DNA of 64,000 nucleotides from Octopus sinensis (taxonomy: Eukaryota): NCBI RefSeq assembly GCF_006345805.1, contig NC_043003.1, positions 115,568,001 to 115,632,000 of the forward strand, read 5' to 3'. Numbering within the stretch: position 1 is the first letter of the stretch; each line of letters begins with the position of its first letter. Below the pieces are notes generated by a model. It was given only the letters and a program-made list of their open reading frames with translations, made no database searches and was not told the origin of the DNA. Shown here one piece after another: positions 52,934 through 64,000 of this stretch. A program made the translations under genes and the position numbers.

Positions 52934-53572
52934 TAAGTAAGTTAAGTTAAGTTAATTTTTGGGCTCAAAAAGCAAGAAGCAAGGCCATGTAGGGGGACAT
53001 GGAGTTATGTACACGGAGGGTGTTCATGCCATTTCTGGTCAAGAGAGACTTTGAACTGAGCGGTCGTCGGCATCTTCACTATCTCGTCCGGCAGCTTATT
53101 CCATGGATCCGCAACCCGGACGGAGAAAGCCCCTCTCCTTAGATTGAGATGAAATCGTTGTAGATAGAGCTTTTCGGAGTGACCCCGCAGCCGACGCTCT
53201 GGAGCAGGAGTGAAGAACAGCTATTTCGAGAGGTTACACTTTCCGCTTATGATGTTGTGAGCAAGAATGAGATCACGACGGCGTCATCGTTTTTGTAGAG
53301 AATAAAGGTCGAGCGTCTTCAGCCTTTCTTCACAAGACAAGTTCTTGAGACCAAGAACCATGCGGCGAGCCAGCTTCTGGACTCTTTCGAGGTGATGTAT
53401 GTCTTTGAAGAGATAAGGAGAAGAGGCTTGAATCCCGTACTCCAATATGGGTCTCACCAGCGTGACATAGAGCGGTAGGAATATGGCTGCTGTGAGCATT
53501 CCGAATGACCGTCGAATCAAAAACATAACTCCGCGTGCTTTGTTGGCAGCATGGACGCACTGGGCCGAAGGC
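52934..53572 (-). mobile_element. CR1-like LINE 3' end, same family as 41778-42415
   Basis: Collinear at the nucleotide level; one in-frame TGA; (CTTAA)-like tail. Confidence 0.9.
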
Positions 53573-54831
53573 AAAAAGGAAGGATAATCTTAGGTGATAT
53601 GTCTCTCTATAAATGATGCAACAGTTTCCTGTCAGGAGAACCCACACGGTGAAAGAATGGTGGAAAGCATGACTCCTTATCACTCCACTCCTATAATCCA
53701 AACAGCTTGAAATCATCATATTTGTAGATCAGCCAGCATGGAGTTTCATTATTTGAAAAGAAGAAACGCTGAAAAAGTCATTCCTATTTTTCATCGGTCC
53801 CTGCGCAATCCTGGAGAGTTGTTTCCTCCGTGTTTCCAATAAAATATGCAGCGTGATGTCTTTGCTCTCCTGAATGCATATTATAGGTAGACGATGATGC
53901 ATATAAGTGTCATAATATTTTAGGTAAAAGATTGTGCGTAGCAGTATGGAAAGTGATCGTGGGAAACACTGAACTAAATGAAAGGAAAGCAGATCAGCTA
54001 CAGTACTGGTTTGGTGGAATGGTCATCAGTTGAACATTTGAAGTGATTGTCGTAAATGGAATAAAATAAAGACAAAATGAAAAATGAATTAGGAATACTG
54101 GAGGGAGATATGGATAAGATTTTCAGGAAAGTTGTAAAGACAAGTTTTGAAAAAGTGCCGAAAATATCGCGATGAAAATATCTTTTAAAAGTATTGCAAA
54201 AGATGATGGAAAGATGACAGGGTACACAAGAATGTAAAGATATTGGAAGATTTCCTAAAGATTATGAAGAAAAACAAGGGGGGGAAAAGGAAGAAAGTCA
54301 GTTAGTGACACTTCCACTTCCTGTATAAAATCATATGGATATAAACACATATGTATAGGCAAGTGCGTGTAGTGGTGGTGCATATGTGTGTGCTGCATGT
54401 AAATCCCTTGACATACAGTAGGAAACATGGTCTATCATTCATTATGTATGAATTTAGTGGTGGCCAAGATTGAAATCCTCTTTATTAGTAGTTGCAAACT
54501 CCCAAGGATTGTTTAAGTAGACATACCATCCATGACCATTTCGACTTATTTAGACAGACTTGACATAATACATATATATGCGGGTATTGTGTACATCTAT
54601 TGGAATATGTTCCTCCAAATCATTTTTGTATTATTAAACTTGTGAAAAATTTCATCAACATCATCCTCATCATCATCAACATCACCAGCACCACCATCAT
54701 CAACATAATCATCATCAATATTAATATAATCATTCATGAATTATTGATGCCCTTGTTTTAGCCTTTCTACACTGAGTCATTCTGTGACAAATATTGAGTG
54801 TGTATACATACATACACATAAGCACACGAAC

Positions 54832-54887
<56 letters not shown>

Positions 54888-55349
54888 GATTGTATGTGTT
54901 TATATGTGTGTATGTACGTACGTATAAACGCACACATACGCACATATACATACACAATAATATTCATATACAGTTGGTTATGTTGTTCTGTTTTCGTGTG
55001 TGTACTTTGTTAGTTATCGTACTTCACTACACAGGTTTCTCCAGGTCATTGTGTTTTTTTAACGGCTTTGTTGATGGCTTTTGTTGTTTTTTATTTATCG
55101 TATGCTTTTTTTATTTGTGGAGTTGTCGTTGACGATCAATTTGCATTGTCCTGCATTGTCTCTTCGTATTTAAAGTCAACATGGAAGAGGCACTTGAAAG
55201 AGTTGATGAAATTTCCACTGTGTACAATCACTGGTTTAGAATCTAGCGAGGTCTGAAGGAAATGTGGCAGAAATTGGGACTGTTGAACATGAGGAAGCAC
55301 TTTAGGCATTCACTGCACATCATCAAATAACAGGTGAACAGCACTAATG

Positions 55350-55465
55350 CAAAAAAAAAAAAAAACAACACTACAAATAATAATAACAATAATAATAATA
55401 ATAATAATAATAATAGCAACAAAAACAACAGCAACAACAACAGCAATAATAATGATAATAATAAC

Positions 55466-55497
<32 letters not shown>

Positions 55498-55600
55498 TAA
55501 TAATAATAATAATAATAATAATTATTATTATTATTATTATATTATTATTATTATTACTATTATTATTATTATTATTACTATTATTATTATTATTATGTTA
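55350..55600. repeat. (AAT)n switching to (ATT)n microsatellite
   Basis: Directly visible; the strand switch is at about 55520. Confidence 0.9.
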
Positions 55601-55819
55601 ATAGAAATATAACAGAAATAAGAACAGCTAATGACAAGAAGAATATATTTTAATAATAATAATACCAAAGTTTTATTGGTCACGAGGACACATAGGTATA
55701 GGATTCAAAAGTTCATTGTGTATGTGTGTGTGTGTGTGTGTGTGAGTGTGTGTGTGTGTGAGTGTGTGTGTGTGTTAGCTTTTATGTGTTACGTGTTTCT
55801 GTCATTAGACTACGGCTAA

Positions 55820-57175
55820 TCTGCGGCACCACGTTGAAGAATTTAAGAAATCCCTCGCAAGACCACTGCAAATGCTTTTCCAGAGTTCCCTTGAATGCGG
55901 TACATTTCCTCAAATGTTAAAAAAAATGAATAATCTACCCTCTCCACAAAGGACGGAGCAGAGCAGATGCTATAAACTGCAGGCCTATCTCTGACCTCAC
56001 ATGTCAGCAAGATCGTGGAACGCATCGTCAGAAAAAGACTGACCGCGTTCCTAGAAGAAAATGATTGCTTATATACACGCAATATGATTTCCGTCCTCAA
56101 CGGAGCTGGTCAACGTAGCTACTACAGCACTTCAACTGGGTACTAAAACAACACTTCAAACATACAAACGCCAAGGCGTCTGACAAAGTCGATCATGGGG
56201 TGATTTATCACAAAGTGCATGACCTCGGTATCGCTGGTAGACTGGAAGAGTGGCTGGCTGCATGGTTTCCTGAGGGGCAGAAGGCAGGCTAGCACAGCAA
56301 ATGGTACTCTCTTTGATGCGACTCCAATCCTCAGTGGAGTCGCCCATGGAAAAGTGCTGGGCCCACTATTGTTTGTGGTTGCTCTCTCGGACATGCCCTC
56401 AGCCATAGAGTCAGCCACACTCAGCAGTTACGCCGATGATACAAAAATATTGCGGCTGGTGAAGGATCCTACTGACATCCTAAGCGTGCAGAATGATGTG
56501 AGCGCAATATATAAGTGAGCTGATGAGAAGAAGATGCAATTCAATGGCGCAAATTTCAAGCACTCCGCTATCAGCAAACAAACGAACTACAGCTTAAGTA
56601 CACGGAACGAGTAGGTAATGTAATCCCAGAGTCGGCACATGACCGGAAATCGACATGAGCAACGAGGCAACTTTCTATGTGCATGTCGCTCAGATGGCAA
56701 CACTATACAGGCGAGTGGCAAGTTTGATCCTCAGATTCTTCGGGACCAGGAACAACAGACACAATGCTTCTGCTTTGGAGAACTTCTGCACTCAGTCGTC
56801 TGGAATACTGCTCCCAACCGTGCTCCCTGCAGAGTGTAAAACTAATTGCGGAACTAGAAACAATCCAATGCCACTACACAAAGAAGATAGATTCAGTACC
56901 ACATATGGGTTACTGAAAGAGGTTGAAGGAACTGGAACTGTACTCTCTGGGGAGAGTACATGTGAGATATGCAGTACTATACATATGTAAAATAATGGAG
57001 GGCCTAGCTCTAAATTTTGGAATCGAAATCTACAACCATCCCCGAACTGGACAGCACTGCACAGTACAAAAGGCCCCATCTTCTCCAACGAAGATAGGAA
57101 CCCAATATTGTAATAGCTTGGCATTCCAAGGACCGCAAATTGTTAATGTCGTATCACATAACATCAGGGATCTGT
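55820..57175 (+). mobile_element. CR1-like LINE RT-to-C-terminus fragment (degenerate)
   Basis: RPISLTSHVSKIVERIVR...SGVAHGKVLGPLLFVV...YADDTK...LELYSL..RYA.LYICKIMEGL; related to 24050-24860. Confidence 0.9.
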
Positions 57176-57178
57176 ATC

Positions 57179-57214
<36 letters not shown>

Positions 57215-57220
<6 letters not shown>

Positions 57221-57587
57221 TAAAACGGTAAGATAACAAAAGAAAGAGACCTCAATATTATGTGAATAGAGGAAATTTATCTATAAAATAATATGTTACA
57301 TTACTCGATAGTGAAGATAAAACTCTGAGTTTCAGATGCCGAAGTGGGAATCCACAACGCCATCTCTTCGGTTATCTGGCTATTTGAAAACGCTATGAAA
57401 AAATACCGTTATACAAAGGGAAATTACTGTGTTATAACTCTGCTTGCCTGCGTACTTATACATCGCTATGTAAACGTACATATCTTCACTCGCATTTTAC
57501 GCCATAAAAATTATATAAAAATACATACAAAATATATAAAATATATATATAAAAGTATATACATGACTATCGAGTAATGTAACATAT

Positions 57588-57597
<10 letters not shown>
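57215..57597 (-). mobile_element. Penelope-like fragment with an inverted terminal copy
   Basis: About 57283-57312 is inverted at about 57560-57597 (tataaaataatatgttacattactcgatagt); TA on both flanks. Confidence 0.65.
57316..57376 (-). ncRNA. Hammerhead motif (CCGA variant)
   Basis: Reverse complement: gataa CCGAAGA gatg...catc t GAAA ctcagag TT|ttatc; 5-bp stem I, inner gtgg/ccac helix, one extra U before GAAA. Confidence 0.55.
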
Positions 57598-57619
<22 letters not shown>

Positions 57620-57705
57620 TCTTACCAACCACATGGTTCCGGGTTCATTCCGATTGCGTGGCACCTAGTCTTCTACTGTAGCCTCGTGTCGACCAAATCT
57701 TTGGG
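57620..57705 (+). mobile_element. SINE family A fragment
   Basis: cttaccaaccacatggttccgggttca...gtcttctactgtagcctcg..tcgaccaaa. Confidence 0.75.
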
Positions 57706-58200
57706 CTCACCTGCTTTAGTATTTCGTTGTTCAGTTTTAAATTGTTTATATAATTCCAGACGAATATAGGAAACTAATTATGGAAGATGTAATCATATTG
57801 CAATATAATGATAATATTCACACGCGCATGCTGTTACTAGGAAAATGTCATTGAGAAACTGACCGTCAAACTTTTGACTCATGAAACAAGTTAAAACATG
57901 ATTGCTTTTACATAATGGTAACGTTAGGAGAAAATTTCGTGGGAAATTGTGTAACAGTTCTACCAGTATAGAAGAAGCGACACCTATATTCATATTTAGT
58001 TATTGCAAATGAGTCTCTCAAGGTCAAGAAATGTCGTTTATTGATTTAGGGTTTCAGTTTCTCCAAATTAACTCTACAAATGCATAAGGAACTTTGGAAG
58101 TTCAACTCCGAAATATAAAATATATAAGACGATATGCAAAATATAAAGCTATAACACATGTGTCTATTCAGTAAACCATACATATACATACATATATAGA

Positions 58201-58790
58201 TATATCTAATGTAGTATAAATTTTTTTTTTCTTTTTCGAAAAAAATTTTATCAATGGCCAGCATATTAAAAAATACCTTTAAAGGTTAAATTTATATAAC
58301 TCTTAAATAAGGACAAACGAAAAAATTTCTAATGCCAAATATGCCAAAAAATTGGACATATTGTCCATTAACCATATAATTTTTTCACAATATGCATGCT
58401 ACTCGAAAAAAAGGCCGACAGAAATTTCTAAAAAGTTCTATTATTACTATATCGGACCGATTTCAGGGTTAGCTCATAAGAGCCCTCCCTTCGTCAGTGA
58501 TAAATGTGGTGAAAGAAATAAATGAGATACTTACTCATACCCATGGAAGAAGCAAACACTAAGTCATGAGCACAATTAAGTACCCCAAATACATCCAAAA
58601 TAGAAATACTCCATTCAAGACACGTGCGATGTGAACTGAGGTTCTCACAGAGTGAGAGTCCGGAAGTGAACGCTTAAATTTATATCTAATGTAGGATAAT
58701 GTTTTTTTTTCTTTTTCGAAAAAAATTTTATCAATGGCCAGCATATTAAAAAATACTTTTAAAGGTTAAATTTATATAATTCATAAATAA
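58201..58790 (-). mobile_element. Penelope-like/retrozyme-like unit: 480-bp monomer with 110-bp direct repeats
   Basis: 58201-58310 is about equal to 58681-58790 (offset 480); hammerhead at 58450-58502; same family as 23262-23870. Confidence 0.75.
58450..58502 (-). ncRNA. Hammerhead motif with two-part stem II
   Basis: Reverse complement: tatca CTGACGA aggg ag ggctc ttat gagct aa ccct GAAA tcg GTC|cgata; one mismatch at the base of stem I. Confidence 0.6.
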
Positions 58791-59020
58791 TTATTTATGA
58801 ATTATACATATATAGATACGTACATACATATGTGTGTGTGTGTACATTACATAGGAACCAATCTATGGATTTGAAATCACTAAATAAAAGAAGCAAGAAT
58901 TGAAGCAATGAGTGTAGGAGATGCATTTGCGTCTCCTCGCTCAGTGCAAGAATTTTATGGCCGCTTACCAACTCATTCAATCACAAAGTTTTTTTTACGA
59001 ATGAGCATGTGATATTTCTC

Positions 59021-59022
<2 letters not shown>

Positions 59023-59074
<52 letters not shown>

Positions 59075-59329
59075 CAGCAGCAGAGGCAGTTGTTGCTTTT
59101 CTTTTGGATAATGTTATTGTAATTACGGCGGTGTCAATAGATGGTGAATAGGAATTAACGTTTTTTGTTGCTTAACTGAGTGAACTTGGCACAGATGGAA
59201 GAATACAACTTGTGAGAATTAAAGTAGGAAACACATTGACACATCATATAATAGCAGAACCAAAAACAGCAAGAACTACGCTAATAATAACAATAATAAT
59301 AATAATAATAATATAATAATAACAATAAC

Positions 59330-59360
<31 letters not shown>

Positions 59361-59407
59361 GCAGTGGCAGCGACAGCAGCAGCAGCGGCAGCAGCAGCAG
59401 CTGCAGC

Positions 59408-59465
<58 letters not shown>

Positions 59466-59855
59466 TACTACTACTAATAATAATAATAACGACGACGATG
59501 ATGACGATGTTGGTAATAATGATGATGATGATGATGTTGACGACGACGACGATGGCGATGATGGTGATGAAGATGAAGATGATGATGATGATGATGATGA
59601 TGAAGAGGATGAGGATGATGATGATGATGATGACGATGATGATGAGGATGATGATGATGATGATGATGATGAAGATGAAGATGATGATGATGACGACGAC
59701 GACGATGACGATGAGGATGATGATGATGATGATGATGAAGATGATGATGATGATGATGATGATGATGAAGATGATGATGATGATGATGATGATGACGACG
59801 ACGATGATGATGATGATGATGACGATGACGATGATGATGATGATGACGATGATGA
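59023..59855. repeat. Compound (TAG)n/(AAT)n/(CAG)n/(GAT)n microsatellite cluster
   Basis: Directly visible. Confidence 0.9.
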
Positions 59856-60282
59856 TATCGAGCTATATTTTTTTTTCCATTTTCATCCCACCGTCAAGAT
59901 TGGTTGCGTGTGTAAGACTGGAATTGATTTTGCTGAAAATATTAGAATGACTCAGAAATACGTTTGTTGCCACAGCATAATGAATCGTACATTGAACAGT
60001 CGAGTAGCAAAATTGATAGAGTGTTGCATTGAATGCCTCACAGTATTTATTTTCTTCCTCCATGTTCTTAATTGAAATCACGCTGTTATCGATTTTTTTC
60101 GTGCCGTACACTCGAGTCATTTTTTAAAACGGCTGTATTAGTCCGCTAAAAAATATTGTGCTTGTCCACCTATGCTAAACCATTATTAGTACTCTTTAAT
60201 GCATGGGAAAAAGAAAAACCAATCTAGTCTTTTACCTGGTAAGTTTCTAGACTTGTCAGAGCATTAAGCTATGTGTTTATTG

Positions 60283-60664
60283 GAAGCACTCCGTCGGTTA
60301 CGACGACGAGGGTTCCGGTTGATCCGAATCAACGGAACAGCCTGCTCGTGAAATTAACGTGCAAGTGGCTGAGCACTCCACAGACACGTGTACCCTTAAC
60401 GTAGTTATCGGGAATATTCAGCGTGACACAGAGAGTGACAAGGCCGGTCCCTTGAAATACAGGTACAACAGATACAGGAAGTAAGAGTGAGAGAAAGTTG
60501 TGGTGAAAGAGTACAGCAGGGATCACCACCACCCTCTGCCGGAGCCTCGTGGAGCTTAGGTGTTTTCGCTCAATAAACACTCACAACGCCCGGTCTGGGA
60601 ATCGAAACCGCGATCCTATGACCGCTAGTCCACTGCCCTAACCACTGGGCCATTGCGCCTCCAC
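60283..60664 (-). mobile_element. SINE family C, full length, 13-bp TSD
   Basis: Reverse complement of 35206-35588; TSD tatgtgtttattg at 60270-60282 and 60665-60677. Confidence 0.92.
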
Positions 60665-61234
60665 TATGTGTTTATTGACATTTAGTTGTTAAGCTGAATG
60701 ACACTTACACAAATAGGTAAAAATTGGTAAAAGTTAAAAATATAATCTTCAAATGTGAATCTACTTTGCTTCAAATCCTACGCTTCTTGACGCTTACATG
60801 ATCCCTACATATAGTATTTTCAAACACACACTACTCGCATCCATTATCGCAATGGCCCAGTTTTCACTTATACTGACACAATCTGCCAACATATTCTTGA
60901 AACATTCTTGCAAGAACACACTTGTGAGAGGAAATTGAAAAACATATTCCCATGTAGTTGTATCTTACCCTAAATAACAACGCAATATATATGTCTCAGC
61001 GCAACCTGTTAGATTCATATTATAATCTATGTCCCGGATATGTTGATCATATCTCGGTGTCCAGTGTATATTATAGATGCAAACGTCATTATTCCACATC
61101 GACTAGGATTGACCAACGTACACTTAATGTATGATTTACCATTGATAATCTAATACCACATTTTATCCTCCTATGTAATATTATGAACCGAGCAACAGCC
61201 AGTAACTTTAAACTGTAATATTTAACTTGTATTA

Positions 61235-61575
61235 GTTTTTAGACTGCGGCTATGCTGGGGCACTGCTTTGAAACTTTCAGTGAAAGGAATCAATCCCAGA
61301 CATTTTTAAAGTCCAGTAGTCATTCCATCGGTTTCTTTTTGTCGAACCGCAATGTTACGGAGCCACGAACGCATCAGCACAGCCGCAAAGACATACATAT
61401 AGTTATAACTACATATATGACAGGCTCCTTTCAGTTGCTGTCTACCAAAATGCGCTCATAAGGCTCTGGTCGGCCTGAGGCTACAGAAGACACTTTCTCA
61501 AGGTGCCACTCAGTAGGACTTAATCCGAAATCCTGTGCTTGAAAAACAAACTTTTTACCACACGGCCACATGTGC
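61235..61575 (-). mobile_element. SINE family A, degenerate
   Basis: gactgcggctatgctggggcac...gtcgaaccgc...cagttgctgtctaccaaa...ggctctggtcggcctgaggcta. Confidence 0.7.
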
Positions 61576-61617
61576 GCTTATCCACACAGTCATCCTGCGT
61601 TTAATATTTATTCCAAA

Positions 61618-62016
61618 CTAGCAGTATCGCCCGGCGTTGCTCGGGTTTGTAAGGGAAATAACTATAAAGCATTTTTAGAAAGTTATAGCCAAAAAATAGC
61701 AAAAGAAAATTGCATTAAAAATGGAAAAAAAATGATGGTAAATATTTTTTAAATCGTTGACTCATCGTAGACATTTTTAGAGAGTTACTTCCCTTATATA
61801 ATAGCGAAAAAATGCATTAAAATGGAAAAAAATGATGGTAAATTATTTTTTAAATCGTAGACTCATCGTAGACGCGCGCTAATACCCAGAAGGGCTCGAT
61901 ATGAATCACGACTATAAGATACTCGGTTTTGGTTAAACTGCACCGCAAAATGTGGGAGTAGTTAGGGATCTAAATTGTAGGAGACAGACACACAGCCTTA
62001 CTTTTATATATAAAGA
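61618..62016 (-). mobile_element. Non-autonomous Helitron
   Basis: Reverse complement: A|TCtttatatataaaag...ccgagcaacgccgggcgatactgCTAG|T; has an internal duplicated block. Confidence 0.85.
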
Positions 62017-62392
62017 TGACAAAGTTAAAAGGTTGGACAATTGAAAGTTATTAATATATCACGGGAAAAAACCCGTTATCATAGCTAACAGCATAAAAAA
62101 GTTCACTTGTACCCAGAATGCTATAACTATATTCGTCAGCGACAACGGCGAGAGATGAAGTTGTTGCTATGACTTTACATAACAGAATACGAACTAAAAA
62201 AGTGATACTTATAGCTACGAATATTAAGAAGGCAGTGATGACTCAATCGCTGCAAACTCTTCAAACTCCATTGTCAATATTCCAAGTATTTCTAGTATTT
62301 CCACTGTGACAACCAATCATGTGGAATCGAAGCGTTTGCATGAACATTCATCAAAAACAACTGATTTAATACAATATGATATTTCTCTAAAA

Positions 62393-62647
62393 TCTTTATA
62401 TATAAAAGAAAGGTTGTGTGTCTGTCTCCTACGATTTAGATTCCTAACTACTCCCACATTTTGCGGTGCAGTTTAACCAAAACTCTCTAAGAATGTCTAC
62501 GATGAGTCAACGATTAAAAAAAAAATTTACCATCATTTTATTTCCATTTTTAATGCATTTTTTTGCTATCTTCTGGCTATAACTCTCTAAAAATGCTTTA
62601 TAGTTATTTCCCTTACAAACCCGAGCAACGCCGGGCGATACTGCTAG
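62393..62647 (+). mobile_element. Non-autonomous Helitron, internally shorter copy, inverted relative to 61618-62016
   Basis: A|TCtttatatataaaag...acccgagcaacgccgggcgatactgCTAG|T. Confidence 0.85.
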
Positions 62648-62979
62648 TTAATAATAAACTGAGAATCTATTTTCATCATTGCCAAAAAATTCTTACTGGC
62701 GATTTATCCGCTTACATTGTGAATTTATAATTTGTATAGCAGTGAGATTTCGATTATTTTCATATAGCTTTTTCGAAGCAAATCATTTGTATCATGCGCA
62801 AAGAATACGGTGAAACGCTCTTTCGTTTCAGAGTTCATACCGCTTCTCCAGTTATATTTTTCAAAATACTGGTCGCCACTATTTCACCTCAAGAAATTCT
62901 TTAAATTCATATTTTTTTCGCGTTCCATGTCAAGCGCGTAAATTGTAAATTTTAATTTCTCATCAGGCAACAATATTAT

Positions 62980-63365
62980 TGAGTGAGAGAGCAATGCACG
63001 CCATCAAAGTGACACTGGGGTGCTAATATACCCAAGATCATTATACCTATCATGACTGTCCGTCTCATAAGGGTACACCAGATGCATGCATCACAACCAG
63101 ATGTGCGCCACATGGTGATCTCATATCAAGATAAACAACGCATGACCTTACAGGTGGGGCTCAGAATTTTCTTCAGGTCGCGTAGCCTACCCTGCTCAAA
63201 AGGTCTCCGAATAGGGGTTGTTTAAAGATGCTGAACGAAACACCCATGTTCCCAGAGGTGAATTATTCAAACCCCACACACTTCCTCTGAACACATGACT
63301 ATGAGGCTCTTCCAGTCCTTTTGCACATGATCAGAGATGCACATATCGTCAGCTACTAAGGGACA
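62980..63365 (-). mobile_element. Interspersed repeat family E (unclassified)
   Basis: One end is shared with 43595-43720; adjacent to an (ATT)n tract. Confidence 0.5.
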
Positions 63366-63376
63366 TGATGAACTGG

Positions 63377-63377
<1 letters not shown>

Positions 63378-63454
<77 letters not shown>

Positions 63455-63562
63455 AATAATAACAATAACAACAACAACAACAATAATAATAATAACAACA
63501 ACAATAATAATAATAATAATAATAATTATTATTATCATTATTATTATTATTATTATTATTAA
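63378..63562. repeat. (ATT)n/(AAT,AAC)n/(ATT)n microsatellite
   Basis: Directly visible. Confidence 0.9.
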
Positions 63563-64000
63563 ATGCCTGACGTGTTACACGACATACGTATGTACATACA
63601 TACATCATCCTTGTGCATGTTTGGTTCACTGCTGGAGTAAGGTTTCAGTACGATCTCCCTACCAACCACGGTCTGATGTTTCCAACTTCTCCATGGTCTT
63701 TCCTAAGAAACGATGGTAAATAGCCTTTACTTTAAAGAACTGCTACTGAATACCTCTCTTTGATAGATTTAGAAATAATAATATTTCTATTTTATTAGAT
63801 CAGTAATTGTGTGTCACTTTGAAAACTGTGTATTCGAACAGTGAATTCAGCAAAGCGAACCTAACCAAGATGCTACTCTGTGTTGATAAAGGGCAATAAC
63901 CCAGGAACCGTCCCACTGATGTTGTTTTGACCTGAATGAGAGTGTTGAACTCCAGTTCGAAAATATAAAGAGACAGATATCGATTCGTATAGCCATGTGG

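Noticed and set aside
59464-60072. Poly-Asp/Glu open frame from (GAT)n with mostly third-position variants
   Set aside because: Preceded in frame by (TAG)n stops, with no start codon or acceptor; part of a compound microsatellite cluster.

Overview
AT-rich eukaryotic DNA dense in repeats and microsatellites, with no recognisable protein-coding gene. The (TA)n/(AC)n/(AAT)n load and the tRNA-derived SINE families look like an octopus (coleoid cephalopod) genome; this is an inference and was not database-checked. Most ORFs in the track are translated microsatellites. The window is a mosaic of SINEs (about 6 families), LINE fragments (CR1, R4/Dong, RTE, L1/Tx1, HERO-like), DD37D (maT) and Tc1 transposase relics, MITEs and non-autonomous Helitrons. 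Two things stand out. (1) About ten type-I hammerhead ribozyme motifs from several unrelated families occur in short Penelope-like or retrozyme-like units, nearly all next to (TA)n tracts. They include a canonical ribozyme in a 582-nt directly repeated unit (9633-10447), a ribozyme inside a perfect 130-bp palindrome (32649-32778), and a recurrent CCGA-for-CUGA core variant. (2) A homogeneous 35 x 66-bp array (29145-31450) is stop-free in three frames, lies between plausible splice signals, and has a diverged single-unit inverted paralog about 1.3 kb upstream. All structure and homology calls were made by eye; boundaries of degenerate elements are approximate.
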